NCBI GenBank assembly: GCA_017383665.1
Contig: JAFNWA010000220.1
Span: forward strand, 1 to 24,586
Source: Bacteroidaceae bacterium
GTDB taxonomy: Bacteria > Bacteroidota > Bacteroidia > Bacteroidales > Bacteroidaceae
Direction: 5' to 3'
Length of the DNA stretch: 24,586 nt
Shown piece by piece: positions 1 through 7,430 of this stretch. The notes under the pieces were generated by a model that was not told where the DNA came from, did not search any database, and saw nothing but the letters and a program-made list of their open reading frames with translations. The position numbers and the translations under genes were made by a program. How positions within the stretch are numbered: position 1 is the first letter of the stretch; the number at the start of each line of letters is the position of its first letter.

Positions 1-649
1 AATCATTGAAGTTTTTCTGGAGTATAGAATCTGTATATTGCACCTGGAAAAGGTGTGCGGATACATAGAGTACGCGTAGCTCAGGGTGTAGCTCCTTGAT
101 TTTTATACCAATGGCATTCACAAGGTGAGTCTTGCCGACACCTGATGAACCATGTATAAACAATGGATTGAATGCCCTACCCGGTTTATCGGCAACACTG
201 GCAGCTACTGAACGCGACAAACGGTTGCTGATGCCCTCTACATAGTTGTCGAAGGTATAACGGCTTATGAGCATGGAATCAAGCTCCTGTACGGCCTGCT
301 GCATGGCTGCCGGTGCACTGTTGCCACTGTTTGCTGTTCTCTTGCATGGTGAGCCATGGTTCTCTGTGCTGACTTCCATTGTAAGGTTGTTGTCCTTGTC
401 TGTGAGTACGCTGTACATCAATTGTGTACCCTTGCCCATCACCTTGAAGAGAGTAGAGCGCAACAAATCCACGAAATTACCCTCAAGGAACTCATATACA
501 AAATTGCTCTTGACCTGGATGGTAAGAGTGTTCCCCTCATACTTGAGCGGCTTTATATCCGCAAACCAAGTGCTGAAAGTTGTTTCAGAGACATTGTCGC
601 GAATGATCTCCAAACATTTATTCCATTTTGTATCGAGATGAGGTGTCAT
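1..649 (-). CDS. dnaA: Chromosomal replication initiator DnaA, 5' portion only (runs off the left edge; absent from the ORF track)
   Basis: Manual translation from ATG at 649: [29 protein letters not shown] (domain I) ... [14 protein letters not shown] ... [22 protein letters not shown] (Walker A) ... [16 protein letters not shown]. Confidence 0.97.
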   Translation of the reverse strand, partial: MTPHLDTKWNKCLEIIRDNVSETTFSTWFADIKPLKYEGNTLTIQVKSNFVYEFLEGNFVDLLRSTLFKVMGKGTQLMYSVLTDKDNNLTMEVSTENHGSPCKRTANSGNSAPAAMQQAVQELDSMLISRYTFDNYVEGISNRLSRSVAASVADKPGRAFNPLFIHGSSGVGKTHLVNAIGIKIKELHPELRVLYVSAHLFQVQYTDSILQKNFND

Positions 650-789
650 CAACGGTTTGTGTTTTCTTATATATATTATATTGTTGGGATTAGAAGAGGA
701 GAAGGCAACAAGTGCCGTTTGTTTGGAAATGGTATCTGATACCTGCCCGTGACGGGCCGTCCTGTTTCCTCTTTCTGTCAATTCCTATG

Positions 790-797
790 CAAATATC
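790..797 (-). promoter_or_regulatory. Possible -7 promoter element for dnaA (GATATTTG, one mismatch to TAnnTTTG)
   Basis: Near-consensus Bacteroidota -7 element about 140 nt upstream of the dnaA ATG. Confidence 0.35.
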
Positions 798-1216
798 TGC
801 AAATAAAAATGAAATTGCAAGCAAAGAAAATGAACCAAAAAACTTGCTCTCAATAATAGGTTGTATATCAGAGGGTTAAAAAACATTACAGAACAAAGGT
901 TGTTGTTTTATGTTATTTTTTTTAAACATTGATTTTCAGAGTGTTATATCTTGTTGCACATGATCTCTTTATTGTGAAAGCTAACCCAAAAATGCCTTTC
1001 TTTTGTCTGTGGTGCTGGTTTTGCCTAAATGGTTTGTGAGTGTCATATTTTTCACCTTATTTGGAATGAGTCTATATAGTGTGATAAATTTTTTTATTTG
1101 AAAATAATTTATAGAACCGGTTGCTCGCCCGAAAAATGTGTCAATTAAATTTGTTTTTTATGAATTTATGATTTTAATTATACGGCTTCATTCGTGAAGA
1201 TGTATATATATTCCTT

Positions 1217-1258
1217 ATAACAAGCAATGACGGCAGCGATGCCGTCATTGCTTGTTAT
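1217..1258 (-). terminator. Perfect 19-bp stem with 4-nt loop overlapping the dnaX stop codon; likely terminator
   Basis: ATAACAAGCAATGACGGCA-gcga-TGCCGTCATTGCTTGTTAT. Confidence 0.7.
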
Positions 1259-3105
1259 CTTGCTATTTCAAGGTTCAGTTCTCTATGTAGTTTTTCTATC
1301 AGCGGGTTCTTCTCTACAAGTATTGAGAATTGTTTGCTTTTATCGCTTGTGTTCCGCACTACAACAACCTTGTTGACAACTATTCTCATTTTTATTTTTG
1401 CGCCACCCAGAAACTGGCTCATCCCCTCGCAGATTCTGCTCTCTTCTCGGCTGAAGAGTTCTGCAGCCATCGGGTTATCTACCGAGATTATGAATGTGGT
1501 GTCGTTTTCTTTTTTTGGCGCAATTATCTTCATGCGGTCGGCCAACGCACGCTCGTTCTCAGGAAGCCGCAAAGCGTATGAAGTCCAGGCCTGTACCAGA
1601 GTGGCATCAGTTATAGCGAAATTGTTAGCCTTCTCTACTTCTGCAACAACTGTGTCTTTTGTCTCGGCAATAACAGGTCGCTGAATTTCCTGTTGTGGCT
1701 GGTTCCCGATATTTGTTCTTGACCTTTGGAACATTTTGCCAAGTGATGTTCCGCTCTCGTTCCTTGAACGCAAACCCTCTGGGCGTCCCTGTAGAACTGC
1801 CGGCCCTGCTGGTGGAGTGCTCGGCTTTTGTACAGGTTGCGCAGGAGTCTGTTGTATTGCTGCCGGCTGTGCTGTTGTTGTGTGGGGTGCCGCCGGTGTG
1901 GGCGCTGCTGTGGTGGACACAACGGGCTGCACTCGCTGGGCACTTTGCTCAGCGGTGTTGAAAAGAGGTTTTAATATCTTGGGGCGACGCCCCCGTCCAT
2001 CCTCTCCGTCGCTGTCGCTCATCTGCGACAACTCAATGAGTGTGAGCTCTACATGCAGGCGTTTGTTGCGGCTTGTCCTGTAGTTAAGACTGCAGTTGCT
2101 GCATAATCTTATAGCATTGAACAGCATCTTCGGAGTGCAGCGTTTTGCCTGCTCAATGTATCTGTTGCGCAACTCGGCACTGCCCTCGAAAAGTTCTGCT
2201 GTGGCCTGGTCGCTATTTACCAGCAGATCTCTGAAGTGGGATGCTGCACCTTCTATGAAAATGTTGCCCTCAAAACCTTTGTTCAGAATATCATTGAATA
2301 GCAACAGACATTGTGATGCCTTCTTTTCAATGATGAAATCCGTGAGCCTGAAATAGTACTCATAGTCAAGCACATTGAGACTGTCGATGACCTTGGCGTA
2401 TGTAAGATCTCCTTGTGTAAAGCTTGCCATCTGGTCAAATAACGACAGCGCGTCGCGCATACAACCATCCGATTTCTGAGCGATTATACGCAAAGCCTCA
2501 TACTCGCAATTTATCCCCTCCTTGTTGGCGATGCTCTGTAGGTGTGCGATTATGTCGCCGGCCTCAATGCGGCTGAAGTCATATATCTGGCAACGCGATA
2601 GAATAGTGGGAATAATCTTGTGCTTTTCGGTTGTTGCAAGGATGAATATAGCGTGTGCCGGCGGTTCTTCAAGTGTTTTCAAAAAAGCATTGAAGGCCGC
2701 TTGTGAAAGCATGTGTACCTCGTCGATGATATATACTTTGTATCGCCCCACCTGGGGTGGAATGCGTACCTGTTCATTCAGTGAGCGTATGTCCTCGACC
2801 GAGTTGTTGCTTGCCGCATCGAGTTCATATATTGAATATGAACGCTGTTGGTTGAATGACTGGCACGACTCGCACTGGTTGCATGGCTCGCCGTTTTCAG
2901 TGGGGTTGGTACAGTTGATTGTCTTTGCAAAGATTCGTGCGCAAGTGGTCTTTCCCACACCTCTTGGTCCGCAGAACAGGTAGGCATGTGCCAATTTCCC
3001 ACTATGGATGGCATTCTTCAAGGTCGTCGTGAGCGATTTCTGCGAAACGACGGTCTCGAAAGTGTCAGGGCGGTACTTTCTGGCCGAAACTATGTAGTTT
3101 TCCAT
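1255..3105 (-). CDS. dnaX: DNA polymerase III subunit gamma/tau
   Basis: ARKYRP motif, Walker A GPRGVGKT, CNQCESC zinc module, ELDAAS, DEVHML, KTLEEPP and SRC motifs, then a Pro/Ala/Gln-rich linker and C-terminal domain. Confidence 0.97.
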   Translation of the reverse strand: MENYIVSARKYRPDTFETVVSQKSLTTTLKNAIHSGKLAHAYLFCGPRGVGKTTCARIFAKTINCTNPTENGEPCNQCESCQSFNQQRSYSIYELDAASNNSVEDIRSLNEQVRIPPQVGRYKVYIIDEVHMLSQAAFNAFLKTLEEPPAHAIFILATTEKHKIIPTILSRCQIYDFSRIEAGDIIAHLQSIANKEGINCEYEALRIIAQKSDGCMRDALSLFDQMASFTQGDLTYAKVIDSLNVLDYEYYFRLTDFIIEKKASQCLLLFNDILNKGFEGNIFIEGAASHFRDLLVNSDQATAELFEGSAELRNRYIEQAKRCTPKMLFNAIRLCSNCSLNYRTSRNKRLHVELTLIELSQMSDSDGEDGRGRRPKILKPLFNTAEQSAQRVQPVVSTTAAPTPAAPHTTTAQPAAIQQTPAQPVQKPSTPPAGPAVLQGRPEGLRSRNESGTSLGKMFQRSRTNIGNQPQQEIQRPVIAETKDTVVAEVEKANNFAITDATLVQAWTSYALRLPENERALADRMKIIAPKKENDTTFIISVDNPMAAELFSREESRICEGMSQFLGGAKIKMRIVVNKVVVVRNTSDKSKQFSILVEKNPLIEKLHRELNLEIAR

Positions 3106-3137
3106 TATTCTTTCTTGTATATGATTTTCACTTTACG

Positions 3138-3145
3138 CAAAGATA
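3138..3145 (-). promoter_or_regulatory. -7 promoter element (TATCTTTG) for dnaX
   Basis: Exact TAnnTTTG match 33 nt upstream of the ATG. Confidence 0.65.
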
Positions 3146-3321
3146 ATGCAAACGAGTGAAATAATATCAAGCTTGATTGAATATTTCATAGCGAGTGCGA
3201 CCTATTTTCAATGTCTGCTTCAAAGAATGCGCGGAGAAATGCTTTAACACCCCGATTGAATAACTTTATGTAGGCTCTAAAACTAATTCCATGCACATGA
3301 TGCTATGCATTGTTTTTTCAT

Positions 3322-3329
3322 TATCTTTG
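3322..3329 (+). promoter_or_regulatory. -7 promoter element (TATCTTTG) for the ftsB-like gene
   Basis: Exact TAnnTTTG match 21 nt upstream of the ATG at 3351. Confidence 0.65.
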
Positions 3330-3350
3330 CACTAGAATATTCTATGATTC

Positions 3351-3659
3351 ATGCGTACAAAGTTTTTTGAAAAGATAAAGGTTGTTCTCAAGTGGATAAG
3401 GAATCACAAGTATATGTTTGTGACTGTTGTCTTTTTGGCTATAATACTTGTTATTGATGATAACAACATGATAAGCCACATGAAGAACCGTGCACTTATC
3501 GATGAACTTACGAATGAGATAAAATCAATGGAAATGGATTCTGCCGCCACACAGACCAAGCTAAGGCTGTACACTGAAAATGACAGTGATGTTATCGGGG
3601 ATGAGGCACGCAAGCGAGGGTTGCTGAAAGCTGGCGAAGATGCATTTATAATAAAGTAA
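3351..3659 (+). CDS. FtsB/DivIC-like septum formation initiator family protein
   Basis: Basic N-terminus, single TM (YMFVTVVFLAIILVI), coiled coil, then EARKRGLLKAGEDAFII resembling the FtsB AR..G...GE tail. Confidence 0.8.
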   Translation: MRTKFFEKIKVVLKWIRNHKYMFVTVVFLAIILVIDDNNMISHMKNRALIDELTNEIKSMEMDSAATQTKLRLYTENDSDVIGDEARKRGLLKAGEDAFIIK

Positions 3660-3668
3660 TATACACAG

Positions 3669-4019
3669 GTGAAAAAGTTTCTTGTATTTTTAAATTACAC
3701 CGGCGCTTTAGTGCTGTTGGCCGGATTGCTTTTAAGGCTGATTCTCCCGGAAATATATTCGGTCGTTTATTTGAGCGGTGCTGTGGCCTTTGCCGTGACA
3801 CAGTTCTTTTTGCGTCCTCGTTATGAGGGTTTGGTTATGCGCCGTTTGGTTTCACAACAACAACTTGCCGGGCTTTTTCTTGTGGGCTCTGGAGTTCTAA
3901 TGTTTACTCATCACAATAACGAGTGGATTGTAATTCTGCTCTGCGGTGCATTGATGGAACTATACACAGTGTTCCGCCTGTCAAATGAAATGAAGAAATT
4001 GGAAAAAGGAAATGACTGA
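3669..4019 (+). CDS. Small 4-TM hypothetical membrane protein, probably co-transcribed with the ftsB-like gene
   Basis: GTG start 9 nt after the upstream stop; four hydrophobic segments around a basic RRLVSQQQ loop. Confidence 0.75.
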   Translation: MKKFLVFLNYTGALVLLAGLLLRLILPEIYSVVYLSGAVAFAVTQFFLRPRYEGLVMRRLVSQQQLAGLFLVGSGVLMFTHHNNEWIVILLCGALMELYTVFRLSNEMKKLEKGND

Positions 4020-4038
4020 AAGCGGATGTTTCAGTTAC

Positions 4039-4081
4039 ATAACACAAATCGGGTGAGCGACGCTCACCCGATTTGTGTTAT
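4039..4081. terminator. Perfect 21-bp inverted repeat between convergent genes; likely bidirectional terminator
   Basis: ATAACACAAATCGGGTGAGCG-a-CGCTCACCCGATTTGTGTTAT, overlapping the stop codon of the minus-strand gene. Confidence 0.75.
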
Positions 4082-4980
4082 CTTAACCTTATCACATCTC
4101 CCACCTTCAGTGTTGTATAACTCTCATATTGTGGGTTCAGTTTGTATAACGATTTGACTCTTATGCCGTAAATCTGCGAAATCCTGTAAAGGCTTTCACC
4201 CCTTTTGGTGGTGTGGAAATTGTATCCTTTAGTAGCTTTCTTATTCTTTTTCTGAAGATAGACAATGTCGCCCTCTTTGAATATGTACTCTTTGTGCAGG
4301 TCATTGTACTTGCGTATTTTGCGTTTGGAGATTCCCAACTCCTTCGACAGTGATTTGAATGTATCACCATCACGGGCAATTACATATAGCAAACCGTTTG
4401 CTTTAAGGACCTCCCTTCTTGTATTCTCTGTTAGCTGTTGGTTCCTCTTTTTATCTCTTTTCCCCCCGGTATCATATTTGTAGAGTTCATACCTTTCTAT
4501 TATGCTTATGAGTTTCTTGTCATAATTCCGGTCCTCGGCATAATAGGCTTTCTTCAGTCCTTTTGCCCACCCTTTATAGTCGGTTCGCTTCAAATCAAAA
4601 AGAAAGTCATATCGGCTGTTGTTGCATAAGAACTTTGAATGATCCTCATATGATGTCTTGGCGTTTTTGTATCGACGGAATACGCACCATCGTCCATTGT
4701 CAAACGACAATATAGTATCACCTTCCCATCTGTTGTCAGCCTTTATTCCAAAATGATTGTTGCCCTTTGTGGCAAGAATACTTTTGCCCCTACCACTTTC
4801 AAGCAATCCTTGTGCAAGAGTTATACTGGCCGGGATACCATACTTTTTCATTTGCTCAACAGCTATGGTATGGAACTTTTCCAGATATATCTCGCTTTCA
4901 TTCTTTGTCTGTGCGCAGAGCGGATGACTCCCGGTAAATAACAATATGATGATCAGTATAAGAACCTTTGCCTGTTTCAT
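4078..4980 (-). CDS. Secreted peptidoglycan hydrolase: GH73 glucosaminidase domain plus two LysM domains
   Basis: Signal peptide; IPASITLAQGLLESGRG, NNHFGIK, FRRY, WAKGLKKAYYAED motifs; LysM-like YVIARDGDTFKSLS and HTTKRGESLYRISQIYGI...LKVGDVI. Confidence 0.9.
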   Translation of the reverse strand: MKQAKVLILIIILLFTGSHPLCAQTKNESEIYLEKFHTIAVEQMKKYGIPASITLAQGLLESGRGKSILATKGNNHFGIKADNRWEGDTILSFDNGRWCVFRRYKNAKTSYEDHSKFLCNNSRYDFLFDLKRTDYKGWAKGLKKAYYAEDRNYDKKLISIIERYELYKYDTGGKRDKKRNQQLTENTRREVLKANGLLYVIARDGDTFKSLSKELGISKRKIRKYNDLHKEYIFKEGDIVYLQKKNKKATKGYNFHTTKRGESLYRISQIYGIRVKSLYKLNPQYESYTTLKVGDVIRLR

Positions 4981-5115
4981 ATGTTGTAATAAATGCTAAA
5001 CTTGCTACAAAATAAATGAATAAATTGTTTTTGCGCAAGATTTTCCCTACATTCGCGCAAATAATTATGCGCAGGGTGCTTCTTGTGGCAACTTCGCGGT
5101 AAAATTATAAAGGTT

Positions 5116-5598
5116 ATGAAAGAGATGACAATAAATACAAAGGTGTTGGTTTGTACACTTGATGAACTCTCTCCTGCAGACAGAGAGGTCGTTGATGCTG
5201 CACGCGCGGCAACAGCTAACAGTTATGCGGTCTATTCACACTTCAATGTAGGTGCAGCTGTGCGTCTCGCCGATGGGACTATTGTACGCGGAACAAATCA
5301 GGAGAATGCGGCCTACCCGTCGGGGCTTTGTGCCGAGCGCACCACGCTTTTCTGGGCAAATTCTCAATACCCCACACAGGCTGTTGAAGTGCTTGCCATA
5401 GCTGCGCGTACCGAGCAGGGCGAGCTTCCAACACCAATACCTCCTTGCGGTGCATGTCGTCAGGTAATCCTTGAAACCGAAAAGCGTTTCAACAACGCTA
5501 TCCGCATCATACTCTATGGCGCGAAAGAGTGTTATATAATTGAAGATGGAGTGAAGGCATTGCTGCCACTCTCATTTGATGCCGGTTTCCTTGAATAA
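5116..5598 (+). CDS. cdd: Cytidine deaminase (start revised to ATG 5116)
   Basis: NSYAVYSHFNVGAAV, NQENAAYPSGLCAER and PPCGACRQ zinc-binding motifs. Confidence 0.95.
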   Translation: MKEMTINTKVLVCTLDELSPADREVVDAARAATANSYAVYSHFNVGAAVRLADGTIVRGTNQENAAYPSGLCAERTTLFWANSQYPTQAVEVLAIAARTEQGELPTPIPPCGACRQVILETEKRFNNAIRIILYGAKECYIIEDGVKALLPLSFDAGFLE

Positions 5599-5614
5599 AC
5601 TGTCTATAAAAGAG

Positions 5615-6085
5615 ATGAAGAAAATAATGTTTGTGTGCCATGGGAACATCTGCCGTTCACCGATGGCTGAATATATAATGAAATCGCTGGTGCAAAGGGC
5701 TTGTGCCGGCGAAAACTTCTGTATAGAATCATCGGCAACCAGTCGTGAGGAGATTGGGAACGGGATATATCCACCTGCGGCGCAAATACTGTCGTTACAT
5801 GGAATTGAGAGTTACGGACATCGCGCCCGTCAGTTTACTGTAGCCGATTATAATAACTATGATCTGGTTATAGTAATGGAGGATTACAACAAGCGTAATC
5901 TCATGCGCCTTATCGGGTGTGACTGTGAGAACAAAGTTTGGAAATTGCTCGACTTCGTAGCCGAAGAACCGCAATCTTGCAATGGTGCCGATATTTCAGA
6001 TCCCTGGTATCATGGCAACTTCGACAAGACATACAAGGAGATAGAACAGGGGTGTAAAGGCTTGCTGAAGTATTTGGGGTATTGA
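5615..6085 (+). CDS. Low-molecular-weight protein tyrosine phosphatase (start revised to ATG 5615)
   Basis: P-loop [14 protein letters not shown] (CX5R) and DISDPWY general-acid loop. Confidence 0.92.
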   Translation: MKKIMFVCHGNICRSPMAEYIMKSLVQRACAGENFCIESSATSREEIGNGIYPPAAQILSLHGIESYGHRARQFTVADYNNYDLVIVMEDYNKRNLMRLIGCDCENKVWKLLDFVAEEPQSCNGADISDPWYHGNFDKTYKEIEQGCKGLLKYLGY

Positions 6086-6086
6086 T

Positions 6087-6662
6087 ATGAGAACTGTTGC
6101 CGATGACAAGGTGATAATGGGCATTGACCCGGGAACAAACATCATGGGATATGCTTTCATTGGCGTGAACGGAAACCGTGCTCGCCTCATTACCATGGGT
6201 GTGATTGATATGCGTAAATGCAAGGACATGTATATGAAACTTGGCGAGATTTTTGAAAGGGTGCAAGGATTGATAGCATCCTTTCTGCCCGATGAGCTTG
6301 CCATTGAAGCACCTTTCTTTGGGAAGAATGTGCAGAGTATGCTCAAGTTGGGCAGGGCACAGGGGGTGGCCATTGCTGCAGCCATAAGTCGTCAGGTTCC
6401 GATTCATGAATATGCTCCGCTCAAGATAAAGATGGCTATTACCGGCAATGGCTCGGCATCAAAGGAGCAGGTCGCAGACATGCTGCGCCGAATGCTCAAC
6501 ATCTCCGGTGGCGAGATGCCGCAGTTTATGGATGCAACCGATGCACTTGGCGCGGCGTTCTGCCATTATCTGCAAAACGGCAAGCCAGTGAGTGAGAAAA
6601 AGTATTCCTCATGGGCCGATTTCGTAAACAAGAATCCCGGCAAGGTGAAAACTGAAAGCTGA
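6087..6662 (+). CDS. ruvC: Holliday junction resolvase RuvC
   Basis: [34 protein letters not shown] and DATDALGAA motifs. Confidence 0.97.
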   Translation: MRTVADDKVIMGIDPGTNIMGYAFIGVNGNRARLITMGVIDMRKCKDMYMKLGEIFERVQGLIASFLPDELAIEAPFFGKNVQSMLKLGRAQGVAIAAAISRQVPIHEYAPLKIKMAITGNGSASKEQVADMLRRMLNISGGEMPQFMDATDALGAAFCHYLQNGKPVSEKKYSSWADFVNKNPGKVKTES

Positions 6663-6682
6663 AAACTGAAATCTGAAAACTG
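6646..6682 (+). repeat. Tandem heptamer array, five units of TGAAA(AC/GC/TC), spanning the ruvC stop
   Basis: tgaaaac tgaaagc tgaaaac tgaaatc tgaaaac tg. Confidence 0.85.
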
Positions 6683-6685
6683 TGG

Positions 6686-6766
6686 AAGAGATTTCTCCGT
6701 CGCTGCGCTCGGTCGAAATGACAGACTTTTGCTCTTAGTCTTTCTGAGCTGAGTGAAGAATCTCTT
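6686..6766. repeat. Inverted pair of REP-like palindromic repeats (CGTC/TGTCA-tagged type)
   Basis: Minus-strand copy TGTCATTTCGACCGAGCGCAGCGACGGAGAAATCTC (6723-6688) faces a degenerate plus-strand copy GTCTTTCTGAGCTGAGTGAAGAATCTC (6738-6764); outer ends AAGAGATT/AATCTCTT are complementary. Confidence 0.65.
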
Positions 6767-6767
6767 T

Positions 6768-6883
6768 ATCGCAACACCGTCTTTTGACTTTAGCCCCTAC
6801 GGGCGTCGACCTTCGGTTCGCAACCCGCGAGGCACCAATTTTATCGGTGCTGCTCGCGACTAATTGCTGCCGGTGTTATCGAT
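6768..6883 (-). other. Multibranch stem-loop element immediately downstream of ribH (structured 3' UTR, repeat or ncRNA candidate)
   Basis: Closing stem 6768-6779 with 6871-6883 encloses three hairpins: 6793-6804, 6807-6820 and 6826-6858. Confidence 0.45.
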
Positions 6884-7364
6884 GTTTGAACTGCGCTATC
6901 ATCTGTAGCGCAGTAACGGCGCATTCATCGCCTTTGTTGCCAAGGCGGCCACCGCTGCGCTCCTGCGCCTGGAGAAGATTATTTGTCGTAATAAGACCAA
7001 AAATAACAGGAGTGTCATACTCTACATTCAGTTTTGAGAGTCCGGCTGTGACGCCCTCACAAATGTAGTCGAAGTGAGGAGTGTCGCCCCTGATAACGCA
7101 ACCAATGGCAATGACAGCATCATATTTGCCACTCTTGACCATTTGTGATGCGCCGAAGATTAGCTCGAAACTGCCCGGCACGCTTGCCAATTCGATGTTG
7201 CTCTCCTCAACGCCATTGTCAATAAGTGTCTTTACTGCGCCGTCACGCAGGGCGTATGTTATCTCATCGTTCCATTCGGCATATACAATGCCTATCTTGC
7301 GCCCCTTGCCGTTTGCCACTTTTGTAGGGTCATATGATGAAAGATTCTTAAGTTCTGTTGCCAT
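6876..7364 (-). CDS. ribH: 6,7-dimethyl-8-ribityllumazine synthase
   Basis: [55 protein letters not shown] and GNKGDECA motifs. Confidence 0.97.
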   Translation of the reverse strand: MATELKNLSSYDPTKVANGKGRKIGIVYAEWNDEITYALRDGAVKTLIDNGVEESNIELASVPGSFELIFGASQMVKSGKYDAVIAIGCVIRGDTPHFDYICEGVTAGLSKLNVEYDTPVIFGLITTNNLLQAQERSGGRLGNKGDECAVTALQMIAQFKHR

Positions 7365-7387
7365 ATACCTTTATTTATTCTGTATTA

Positions 7388-7415
7388 AAAAAGGCTGTCC
7401 TGCGACAGCCTTTTT
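7388..7415. terminator. Intrinsic terminator-like hairpin between the TPR gene and ribH
   Basis: AAAAAGGCTGTC-ctgc-GACAGCCTTTTT with A/T tracts on both sides. Confidence 0.75.
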
Positions 7416-7430
7416 GTCTGTTTTAAACAA

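Noticed and set aside
650-1216. oriC in the AT-rich dnaA-dnaX gap
   Set aside because: No perfect TTWTNCACA box, only isolated one-mismatch sites (952-960, 1048-1056, 1080-1088). No DnaA-trio run and no apparent strand-bias switch. Not fully excluded, because Bacteroidota boxes may diverge.
6646-6766. CRISPR array or intact IS element in the ruvC-ribH gap
   Set aside because: The 7-bp units have no spacers, there are no cas genes, and there is no transposase ORF or clear target-site duplication.
7365-7430. FMN riboswitch upstream of ribH (also sought at 8082-8369)
   Set aside because: No FMN-aptamer signature; the only structure is a simple terminator-like hairpin.
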